The notes under the pieces were generated by a model. That model was not told where the DNA came from. It was given only the letters and a program-made list of their open reading frames with translations, and did not search any database. A stretch of 32,122 nucleotides of DNA, filler included, from a bacterium (lineage in GTDB: Bacteria > JAMOTN01), in NCBI GenBank assembly GCA_027062325.1. It is 2 parts of 2 records of this genome, joined end to end, with 100 filler letters (N's around TTAATTAATTAA, not from the genome) between each part and the next. Parts side by side here need not be neighbours in the genome. Positions count along the whole stretch, not along the records: positions 1 to 16,593 come from JAMOTN010000076.1; positions 16,694 to 32,122 come from JAMOTN010000077.1. One strand, written 5' to 3'. Shown here piece after piece: positions 9,361 through 17,757 of this stretch (within the stretch, counting starts at the first letter, position 1; each line of letters opens with the position of its first letter). Position numbers and translations under genes: made by a program.

Positions 9361-9684
9361 ATGAAAATAGGTAAAGTGGTTGGAAATGTTGTTGCTACTC
9401 GTAAAGATGAGAGATTGAGGGGATTGAAGCTGCTTTTGGTTCAAACTTATAAAATTGACAAAAAAAGTGGGGAAAGTGCGACTTTAAAAGAAACTTCGGA
9501 TTATGTAGTGGCAATTGATACGGTGGAGGCTGGAGCTGGTGAGATTGTGCTTCTTGTTTCTGGAAGTAGTGCACGGCAGACAGATAAAACCAATGGAAAG
9601 CCTGTGGATGCGGCAGTTATAGGAATTTTGGAAGAGGTTAAGTTTTTAGATGGAGATAGAATAATGCTTACAGATCTTTATTGA
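9361..9684 (+). CDS. BMC pentameric vertex protein (BMC-P; EutN/CcmL family)
   Basis: GKVVGNVVATRKDERLRGLKLLLVQ...VAIDTVEAGAGEIVL...GSSAR...PVDAAVIGI. Confidence 0.95.
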   Translation: MKIGKVVGNVVATRKDERLRGLKLLLVQTYKIDKKSGESATLKETSDYVVAIDTVEAGAGEIVLLVSGSSARQTDKTNGKPVDAAVIGILEEVKFLDGDRIMLTDLY

Positions 9685-9823
9685 TGTATGGTTCTTGGTT
9701 TGATGTGTGGTAATTTTTAGAGTGGATTTGGGATTCGAGGAAGTTTAGTTTAAGTTGAGATGAGTAGTGAACTGTTGGGGACGTGTGTTGTTGGGGTAGG
9801 ATGGCGTTAAGGAGGCGATAGAG

Positions 9824-11218
9824 ATGAGTATAAATCTTACTGAGGATAGAATAGACAGCATGGTAAAAGAGGTATTAAAACGTCTTGCTGGGACAGCGCC
9901 TTCCTTTAGTTCTGGGCCCATATTTTCAGATGTGGATAGTGCGGTAGCAGCTGCGAGGCTTGCATTTGAAGAACTTAGAAAGTTGTCTCTTGAGAAGAGG
10001 CGTGAAATTATTGCTGCAATGAGGCGAGCAGCAGCAGAGCATGTCGAGGAGTTTGCAACGATGGCTGTTAAAGAAACGGGATTAGGACGTGCTGATCATA
10101 AGGTAAAAAAGAACATTCTTGCTATTACTAAAACTCCCGGAGTGGAAGATTTAAAATCAGAGGTTTATACAGGAGATCATGGAATGAAATTAGTTGAGCT
10201 TGCTCCGTGGGGAGTTATTGCTTCCATAACGCCATCCACAAATCCAACAGAGACCATAATTAACAATGCTATTGGTATGATAGCGGCGGGGAACAGCGTT
10301 GTTTTTCATCCACACCCGGGGGCGAGGGAGGTTACAAATTACTGCATTCGTGTTCTGCACAATGCAATGATAGAGGTTGGCGCACCTCGTAATTTGATAG
10401 CTAGTGTTGAAAGCCCGACCATTGAGAGTGCTCAACAGCTTATGAATCACAAGGATGTTGATCTTTTAGTTGTTACGGGTGGACCTGCTGTTGTTGCCGC
10501 AGCAATGAAATCGGGGAAGCGTGTGATTGCAGCAGGTCCTGGTAATCCTCCGGTGGTGGTGGATGAGACAGCAGACATAAGGAAAGCTGCCTCGGACATT
10601 GTAGCCGGTGCAAGCCTTGATAACAACATAGTTTGTGTAGATGAGAAGGAAATAATTGCAGTTGATAAAATTGCCGATTCTCTCAAAAAATTCCTGATAG
10701 AAGCGGGAGCTTTTGAAATTCCAGAAAATAAGATTGATGAGCTTGCACGTCTTGTTTTGACTTCTGATGGGCATCCTAACCGTGCTTGGGTGGGAAAAGA
10801 TCCAGAGAAGTTTTTAGAAGCGATAGGTGTAAAAGCTCCGTATAAACCAGAAATTTTAATATGTGAAGTTCCTGCAAACCACCTGTTTGTGATGGAAGAA
10901 TTGTTGATGCCTGTTATTCCACTTGTGCGTGTGCGCGATTTTGAAGAGGCATTGCAGCTTGCAATTGAAGCTGAGGGTGGACGTAAGCACTCTGCAGTTA
11001 TGCACTCACTCAACGTTGCACGACTTCACGAAATGGCTGTTCGTATGAATACGACTATCTTTACCAAGAATGCTCCGAGCACTGCAGGACTTGGATACGG
11101 TGGAGAGGGACCAACAACGTTTACCATAGGCACTACAACCGGTGAAGGAATCACCACAGCCCGCACCTTCACTCGCCAGCGCCACTGCGTTCTGGTTGAC
11201 TATTTCAGGATTGTGTGA
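9824..11218 (+). CDS. CoA-acylating aldehyde dehydrogenase (EutE/PduP family) with N-terminal encapsulation peptide
   Basis: ETGLGR, PSTNPTET, VTGGPAVV, AGPGNPP, catalytic DNNIVCVDEKE, EELLMP; N-terminal amphipathic EDRIDSMVKEVLKRL; RBS AAGGAGG. Confidence 0.92.
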   Translation: MSINLTEDRIDSMVKEVLKRLAGTAPSFSSGPIFSDVDSAVAAARLAFEELRKLSLEKRREIIAAMRRAAAEHVEEFATMAVKETGLGRADHKVKKNILAITKTPGVEDLKSEVYTGDHGMKLVELAPWGVIASITPSTNPTETIINNAIGMIAAGNSVVFHPHPGAREVTNYCIRVLHNAMIEVGAPRNLIASVESPTIESAQQLMNHKDVDLLVVTGGPAVVAAAMKSGKRVIAAGPGNPPVVVDETADIRKAASDIVAGASLDNNIVCVDEKEIIAVDKIADSLKKFLIEAGAFEIPENKIDELARLVLTSDGHPNRAWVGKDPEKFLEAIGVKAPYKPEILICEVPANHLFVMEELLMPVIPLVRVRDFEEALQLAIEAEGGRKHSAVMHSLNVARLHEMAVRMNTTIFTKNAPSTAGLGYGGEGPTTFTIGTTTGEGITTARTFTRQRHCVLVDYFRIV

Positions 11219-11263
11219 AGGGGGAAGACCGACTGTTAGCAAGGAAGATAGAGAGTTAGTGGG

Positions 11264-13675
11264 TTAATCGTGGTCAATCCACTCAAATTTGAATTTTGCG
11301 ATAAAATTTGCGTTGCCGTTAAGAAGGTTGTCAATTGAGACGTCTTCAAGTGGAGTAGCCAGATTTTTGTTGCCAAATTTTTCAGGCCAAAGAACGAAAA
11401 CTTTGTCGCCGGTAATCAATTCTATTCCAAAGCACCACATTGCTGTAGTGTAGAGAGTATCGTCTCCACCGTTTGATCCGCCTAGGTCGATGCCACCAGC
11501 ATACGTCCAGCTTACGTTTCCTGAATTGTCTATGTAGTATGGAAAAGGATAATGACTGAGTTTTTGATACCAGGCACGGCTGTTGTTGTAGTCCCAAGGA
11601 AAAAACATCGTTATTTGTAGCCAACGTTTGTTATAACGGGTGTAATTTGATGTAGAAATAAAGTATTTTTCTGCTCCAACTATTTTTAGCATGGTATACG
11701 AGGGAAGGAGGCGTCCTGTTATTCCTGTGCTAAAAGAGATTGTTGGATTAGTGGTAGTTAGAATTGTATCTACTTCTGATAGGGAATTTTCTTTGTAGGC
11801 AAGCTTTAACCAACTGCTTTCATAGGGAGGTGTGTAAACTGTTACGGAGTTTTGATAAACTTCAAAACTTATGTCTCCTTCCCCAGCATAAGACACACAA
11901 AAGATTTTGTCTACAGTTGAATCTCCTGTGTCTTCCTGTTGCAAATCGTAACTCAAAAACCATGCAACTTTGACTTTGAATCTGGCTTCATTTTTTTGCA
12001 ACTCTTCAGGAAGAGTCAGATTTAGTGCTAACCTGTTTCTTCCTATATAAGAACTGTCTGATGTTACCGAAGCTGTAGCCGTCATAAGGATGTAGTTGTC
12101 CCCTTTTTCCTCCATTGAATATTCCTTGTCCCAGGATAAATGTGAATATCCATCAACACACGCAAGGGATTGTCCGCTACTTAGGGGAACAGAGTAGTTG
12201 AAGTCTGTTGCTATGTAGGGAATAAAGTTGTCTAAATCTCTTACGTCACATCTCCACAAGTACTCCTTAGTGCTAGTTGTAATTTTTCCTGAAACTTCAA
12301 ACCAATCGCAGTTGTTCCAGCCTATGGTTCCCCCTGTATCCCCCCAATCAAAGTTTTCCCAATCCTCTACACTAACCCAATTAATGCCGTTGAAGTTCAG
12401 CTTTTCTCCTTCAAATGCCAGCAACTTTGCAATTTTTCCAAGGTAGATAATTGCCTTTATTTCAGAAAACTCACCTCCTCGTTCATTTGTAACCTCAAAA
12501 CTACTTACTTTATAGGTAGGAATTACGCTTGAAACTCCCCTTACAGAAATTGAAGGGGTAATAGAAGTTTTTATCCCTTCTGCTGAGCTTTCCCTTGAAA
12601 CTTGTAAATTAAGGGTTAAAGTTATGTTTTTTTCAGGAGGAAGTTCTGCTCCCCATGAAAACCAAGCCTTGTTTAGGATACCTTTAACTCCGTAAGTTAT
12701 AAAAATATTTTCTGTAGTTACCCCTTCGCCAGAAACTTTTAGATTTATCTCAATTGTGGAAAGCCATGGGTTTACATTTTCATCCAGATATGGAAGCTCG
12801 TAGTTTTCCTCGGTTAAAGAAGTGGGCAAGCCTTCAAAAGAGGTCAATCTTTTTCCTATGAAGTTGTGGGGAAACTTTCCAATTTGTGTGAGAGTGTTTG
12901 CTGTTAATTCTTCTTTGGCTTTAACGCTTCCAAATGAATATGAGAAGAATGCGTTTTCAACGGAAATGCTTATTGAATTACTGTTTTGTTTTGAGAGTTC
13001 ATTTTGTGAAGAATTGGAATTTTCCATTGCATCTAGGGTTACTAAAAGTTTTTTGATATTTTGGTTTGCATTTGAGGGTAAATTACCTGATGCTACCTGT
13101 TCAAGTTTTAACAAGAAATCTTTTTCGGGTAAATTTTGAAGTCCTAATTTTTCCTTAAAAGAAATGATGAGTTTTTCAATGTCTATGTTGGTGAGGTTAG
13201 TGAAAGAGTTGTACTCAATCCCCAATTTGCGAAGGTTACTTTTTGCCATTTCTTTTCCTAATGTAATTTTTTCCATTGGTAAGTTTCCTTTTGAATTTTT
13301 AAAAGCCAAAAACGAATCTATTACAGAGGAAACATAATGAGAAAATGGAGTGACTTTTATATCCAGCAAGTGATTAGTTATTTCAGATTGAGTAGCGTAG
13401 TACTTCATTGTAGCCCCATTTTTAGATGCTTCTATTATGTAGTAATTGCAGGTTGGTAAACTTACAATGAATTCTTTAGAATGAGATGTAAATTTTGCAG
13501 AGTAAGTTTGTTTTCCTTCAAAATCAAATCCTTTTATGGAGACTTCATAACTACTCCAAACTTCATCTATTGCTTTGAGCTTCAGAATAATTGCATCTTC
13601 ATCAGAACAACCAATTAAGAAATATAAGAAAAATGTGAGTATCAACACTAATAGTGGAAGTGGATATCTGTACAT
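11264..13675 (-). CDS. Large hypothetical lipoprotein (803 aa)
   Basis: Signal peptide with lipobox LIG-C; Ser/Thr/aromatic-rich, probably beta-rich C-terminal half; RBS GAGGGGGAG. Confidence 0.65.
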   Translation of the reverse strand: MYRYPLPLLVLILTFFLYFLIGCSDEDAIILKLKAIDEVWSSYEVSIKGFDFEGKQTYSAKFTSHSKEFIVSLPTCNYYIIEASKNGATMKYYATQSEITNHLLDIKVTPFSHYVSSVIDSFLAFKNSKGNLPMEKITLGKEMAKSNLRKLGIEYNSFTNLTNIDIEKLIISFKEKLGLQNLPEKDFLLKLEQVASGNLPSNANQNIKKLLVTLDAMENSNSSQNELSKQNSNSISISVENAFFSYSFGSVKAKEELTANTLTQIGKFPHNFIGKRLTSFEGLPTSLTEENYELPYLDENVNPWLSTIEINLKVSGEGVTTENIFITYGVKGILNKAWFSWGAELPPEKNITLTLNLQVSRESSAEGIKTSITPSISVRGVSSVIPTYKVSSFEVTNERGGEFSEIKAIIYLGKIAKLLAFEGEKLNFNGINWVSVEDWENFDWGDTGGTIGWNNCDWFEVSGKITTSTKEYLWRCDVRDLDNFIPYIATDFNYSVPLSSGQSLACVDGYSHLSWDKEYSMEEKGDNYILMTATASVTSDSSYIGRNRLALNLTLPEELQKNEARFKVKVAWFLSYDLQQEDTGDSTVDKIFCVSYAGEGDISFEVYQNSVTVYTPPYESSWLKLAYKENSLSEVDTILTTTNPTISFSTGITGRLLPSYTMLKIVGAEKYFISTSNYTRYNKRWLQITMFFPWDYNNSRAWYQKLSHYPFPYYIDNSGNVSWTYAGGIDLGGSNGGDDTLYTTAMWCFGIELITGDKVFVLWPEKFGNKNLATPLEDVSIDNLLNGNANFIAKFKFEWIDHD

Positions 13676-13798
13676 TTCAACTCCCCCTCTTGAATTAGTT
13701 ATTACTCCTTATTTATTTTTCGGATATATCGTTAAAAGTTTTAAGTAGATCGAGAGGTTATTTCTCAAAAGAACAAGTTAAGGTGATGAGAGTCGTTG

Positions 13799-13807
13799 TG
13801 TTATAAT
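13799..13807 (+). promoter_or_regulatory. Extended -10 promoter element for the CARF-HEPN gene
   Basis: TGTTATAAT about 30 nt upstream of the start. Confidence 0.5.
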
Positions 13808-13838
13808 CCTTACTGAGAAAAGTAAAAAAGAGGTGGTA

Positions 13839-15365
13839 ATGGTGAAAATTTTAATAAGGAACTTTGGAAGAAATAATAAACCAACGTTTCATAGATGGGT
13901 TAATTCGGAAAAAACAGATGAAGAGAAAAAGTATCCGTGGGAACCTTTGGTAGAAAAAATAAAGCCGGATTTAATCTTTGCATTTGGCACTTCAGAGACT
14001 GATTGGGAAGTTCTTGAAGAAAGTGTAAAAAGAGTTGGATATTTTGTGGAAGATGAAAAGGAAAAGACAGAGGATGGATTTAAACGAATACTTTTTAAAA
14101 GGGTTTTTGATATACCTGGGTTGCCTAAGGAGTACGAGAGGGTTTTTGTTGAAACTTTCTCTTACATGTTAAACAAGATAAGTGAATTTGAGAAATCATT
14201 GCAGTCTCAGGGTTCTAAGAGGGTAAAAATAGAATTTCATTTGGATTTGACGGGAGGGTTAAGGCAAATTACCACTGTTGTTTTGACTGTGGTAGAGAGT
14301 TTAGTAAATGTTTTGGAGGTTTTTATACCGAATTGTGAAGTAGAAACATTTCATTACTATACTTATCAAGAAGATGTAAAAAGAACGCTGAGAAAGCCAA
14401 ATAAAAGTGATAAAAGTAAAAAGGTTTTGGAAGATGAGGAGATAAGTATCGCGTGCTTTTTTAAAAAACTGCGTGATTCCTTCAAAATTTTGGGAAAAGC
14501 CACATTGAATATTTGGCGTGGAGTTAGGAAGAAAAAATTAGAGGCTGATGAAGTGGGGAATTATGAGGAATGGGGGGATGAAAGCTTTGGAGTTTCTGCT
14601 CCTTCAAAGGAAAAAGAGGAAAACCAAACTTTCACAAGCGTAATATTTACCATAGAGAGTTTGCAGGATTTTTTGGATTTTACGCACCAGGTTTTGATTT
14701 TAAGAAGACATTGGCTCTTTACGTTTAAGAGAGCTACTTTGAAAAAAATGTTCAGAGATGAGAGAATTGCTAAGAAATTTGATAATGCAGTGAGAGAGTT
14801 AGAAAGACTTCTAGTTGGAGCAAGTGTGGGAGATGAAGTAGAAAATCTAGAAAAAATTTCATTTTATTTGGCTGAATGTTTGGAGGAAGTTGGTAATGCT
14901 GCGCCCCCTCTTGCACTTTTAAAGTTGAGGATTTTGAAAAAGATGGTTGACAGCATTTTAAATGAAGTTGAGGATAGAAAGAAAATAAGGGGGGAAATTT
15001 TACTGTATAGAAATGATATAAAGGGTATTGAGAAATTTGCCCAAAAGCTTTACTTCATAGAAAAATTGTATTTATCAGGAAGAGCGGCAATAGCTTTGGT
15101 AAAGTTTACGGCTGCTTTGGAAATTTTGCTTAAAGAAAATGGTTGTTACAATGAAAAGGCTGAAAATAATAAGTATTGGAATTATCCCAAAGTTTACAGA
15201 TTGATAGAAAGAATAGGTCTTGATAAAAACTTGTATCATAGTTTAAGGAATGCTAGAAATAGTTTAGCCCATGATGATGAGAATCCGGCCAAGGTGGTTA
15301 ATTTGAATATGATATTTGAACTTTTGGATGAAGCCATTACTAAACTTAAGAAGGTGTTTTATTGA
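13839..15365 (+). CDS. CARF-HEPN protein, Csx1/Csx2 (TM1812)-like cyclic-oligoadenylate-activated RNase candidate
   Basis: N-terminal Rossmann-like strand, DLIFAFGTSETDW (GT..S.W-like), HLDLTGGLR (DxTxG.R CARF motif) and C-terminal RNSLAH (HEPN R-x4-H). Confidence 0.75.
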   Translation: MVKILIRNFGRNNKPTFHRWVNSEKTDEEKKYPWEPLVEKIKPDLIFAFGTSETDWEVLEESVKRVGYFVEDEKEKTEDGFKRILFKRVFDIPGLPKEYERVFVETFSYMLNKISEFEKSLQSQGSKRVKIEFHLDLTGGLRQITTVVLTVVESLVNVLEVFIPNCEVETFHYYTYQEDVKRTLRKPNKSDKSKKVLEDEEISIACFFKKLRDSFKILGKATLNIWRGVRKKKLEADEVGNYEEWGDESFGVSAPSKEKEENQTFTSVIFTIESLQDFLDFTHQVLILRRHWLFTFKRATLKKMFRDERIAKKFDNAVRELERLLVGASVGDEVENLEKISFYLAECLEEVGNAAPPLALLKLRILKKMVDSILNEVEDRKKIRGEILLYRNDIKGIEKFAQKLYFIEKLYLSGRAAIALVKFTAALEILLKENGCYNEKAENNKYWNYPKVYRLIERIGLDKNLYHSLRNARNSLAHDDENPAKVVNLNMIFELLDEAITKLKKVFY

Positions 15366-15586
15366 ATTTGAATAAAGTTTTTATTTGAAATTTAATTGAT
15401 GAGTCCCATGATAACAATGATTACTATTCAAAGTTCTAGGACTATGAAGATAACGATACACTTAGAAAATATGTACTGTGGGATAATGCTAGAAAAGAGT
15501 AGGCTAGAAAAAAGTAGGGAAAGCAAGGTGGAAAATTTTAAAAGTTGAGTTTAAATTGCTAAGCACTGTTCAAAATCCTGTGAAAA

Positions 15587-16049
15587 GTGGAAGAAAATAT
15601 GATTAAACCCTTTAATAGGGGGGAATGGGGAATTCTTATTGAGGATAAAAATAGGGAGAACCAAAACTGGAAACCTGTTTTATGGGAAGAGGGTGGAAGA
15701 TTCAAATATTATGGTTCTTCTAGAGTCATTACTACTGAGATGAGGGAACCATCGAAGGCATGTTATATAAAGACAAGAGGAACTATTGCTAATGAAGTTC
15801 ACACTTTGAGAAGTGTAAAGGTGAAATTTTATGTGAGAGAACTTCCTGCGGCTAACTGTGGCTAAAGTAGAAGTTGGAGTTTATCAAATAAAGAAAATTG
15901 AAGATGATCATGCAGAACTGGAATTAATTGGTTCGTATAGAAATGAGGAGTAGAATTTACTACCAGCAATGTTTTTAAAAGAGGCAATCAAAGCCGCAGT
16001 AGAAAAGGCAGTCATGTATAATTGCAGAGGTGTTTTTAGGTGGAATTGA
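15587..16049 (+). pseudogene. Probable disrupted small gene (frameshift near 15835, in-frame TAG near 15951)
   Basis: The 92-aa ORF is continued in a shifted frame by ENFLRLTVAKVEVGVYQIKKIEDDHAELELIGSYRNEE*NLLPAMFLKEAIKAAVEKAVMYNCRGVFRWN*. Confidence 0.4.
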
Positions 16050-16549
16050 AGAAATTTAAAGTATTGAGAGGTCAGTTACGTAGAAAATTAATAAGAAAAA
16101 AGCCAAATTTTAACTGGACTTTAGGAGGAGCATTGAGAATTGCATATTTCGAGGGGCGGCATCTTGAAAGAGAGCAAGGAACAAGGGGAATAGTATAATA
16201 ATTAAAATTTCAGAGAAGTTTTCATGAGAGGTTTCTTGGAGAAGATGAAGAAGATTATTGTTTTTATAATTTTTTATAATTTTGTTTCTTGTTGATAATT
16301 TCCGGTTTAAGATAATGTTGTGAAATTTTGTAGGTTAGGTTGATCATCTTAGGGGATAGATATAATTACCTTTGCGTTTTTTTGTAAGTGGTGTGTACTC
16401 CACTAGGGCAAATATGGTAAAGAAAAGCGTTTAGCCAGGAGCTGTGGAGGGGCTTAGTGTTTGAGATCTCTTGCCCTTTTAACCAGCGAGGAATCTGGGT
16501 AGTGTGCAAATGTGAATTTAAATTTTATTGTCTGTGATGATAAAAACAT

Positions 16550-16588
16550 GTTTTCCCTTATCCGTTAGTAAGTGTTCGGCAATGAAAC
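16550..16588 (+). CRISPR. Single candidate CRISPR repeat at the contig end
   Basis: GTTTTCCCTTATCCGTTAGTAAGTGTTCGGCAATGAAAC has GTTT...GAAAC termini and an internal CCG/CGG pair. It follows about 500 nt of non-coding DNA and lies 5 nt from the gap. Only one copy is visible. Confidence 0.45.
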
Positions 16589-16593
16589 CAAAA

Positions 16594-16693
16594 NNNNNNN
16601 NNNNNNNNNNNNNNNNNNNNNNNNNNNNNNNNNNNNNTTAATTAATTAANNNNNNNNNNNNNNNNNNNNNNNNNNNNNNNNNNNNNNNNNNNN
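16594..16693. other. Artificial contig-joining linker
   Basis: 44 N + TTAATTAATTAA (stop codons in all six frames) + 44 N = 100 nt; strand composition inverts across it. Confidence 0.97.
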
Positions 16694-16953
16694 TTCATAT
16701 ATGGAAACGTGTGTCCGTGTTGAAAGTAACCGTGCACGTAATAAAAGGTTGTGTAAAAATTCAGCAGATTCCAATCACTTGCAGCAGATATAAAATTTAA
16801 AAATCTCGCTCTTTCTGCCCAATACGGCAATACATACAAATTTCCAACGGTTCTAAGCCTCCAAAACCATAAATTGTAGTTAAGTATTGTACTTAATATC
16901 CATGCCACAAAGCCTATCACAAACGCTTTCCTCATTCTCATCATCTCCAGCAT
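16694..16953 (-). CDS. Membrane-anchored protein, possibly PilG/XapA-like; 3'-truncated by the gap
   Basis: N-terminal TM followed by FISAASDWNLL; directly downstream of an ABC ATPase and permease. Confidence 0.5.
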
Positions 16954-16971
16954 AAAAACTATAACCGAACC

Positions 16972-17757
16972 TTAAAGTAAATCCTTATCTTCAAATCTCC
17001 AAATTCCAAATCCCAAAAATGCCATCACGTAAAACAAAGCATAGGCTGCCAATCCCACATAGTAGTGCCACGGCATTATTCCCGGTGCTAAAACAAAATC
17101 CTCTAAGTTGAAGTAATCCAGAACTGGAAATACAAACGAGAGAATCAAAGCTGGTACCTTCCACTGAGCCATGTAAAACTCAATTCTACTTGCATTCAAA
17201 ACCAAACCAACCACGTGGCCAATTATCACAAATGTTGTAGCTAAAAAGATTGCTATTATAGTTCCACTTGATAAAGCAGCAATGACTGTGGATATAGCAA
17301 CTATCACAGGTATTTCAATGAATAGGCCGTAAATTGATGTAAAAAAATTCTTAGGTAATGTTCCAAACATCTTTATAGAAATAACAAATAAAAGGCTTAT
17401 TATTACGTATATTAACCATGAAAGGATAGTGTACCCAATGAATTTTCCAAACAAAAATTCTGACCGTGTAAAACCTAAACCCAACGTTGTATGATAAACT
17501 CTTGTTTCTATCTCACGCCTTAAATTAAAAATGGGATACACAACAGAAATTGCAGCAATACCAATAAATATGACAAAGTGACCAAACTCAAAAACTCCAC
17601 GCGCAGTATCATCTACAGTAATTCTTCCAAGCATTATAGCTCCAAAAAAGATAACAACAGAAAGTAACAACAATGCCAAAAGCAACTTATTTCTAAGCCC
17701 TTCTTTTACCGTGAATCTAACAAGTGCCCTTACCTTTTCACACTTCATATATCTCAC
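16972..17757 (-). CDS. ABC-2-type exporter permease (PilI-like)
   Basis: About six TM segments; REIETRVYHTTL...TRSEFLFGKFIG loop; ends in FEDKDL. Confidence 0.85.
   Translation of the reverse strand: MRYMKCEKVRALVRFTVKEGLRNKLLLALLLLSVVIFFGAIMLGRITVDDTARGVFEFGHFVIFIGIAAISVVYPIFNLRREIETRVYHTTLGLGFTRSEFLFGKFIGYTILSWLIYVIISLLFVISIKMFGTLPKNFFTSIYGLFIEIPVIVAISTVIAALSSGTIIAIFLATTFVIIGHVVGLVLNASRIEFYMAQWKVPALILSFVFPVLDYFNLEDFVLAPGIMPWHYYVGLAAYALFYVMAFLGFGIWRFEDKDLL

Noticed and set aside
9685..9823. G/T-rich spacer between BMC-P and AldDH as an ncRNA or riboswitch
   Set aside because: No convincing stem or known motif; the composition matches the general strand skew.
16468..16510. Possible second degenerate CRISPR repeat one spacer-length upstream
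   Set aside because: Similarity to the 39-mer is limited to a short CCCTT tract and there is no GAAAC end.
16638..16649. Palindromic TTAATTAATTAA as a biological site
   Set aside because: It is centred in N runs and has stops in all six frames, so it is a synthetic spacer.
16594..16693. GC-skew inversion as a replication origin or terminus
   Set aside because: The switch coincides with the artificial join, and no dnaA or dif context was seen.
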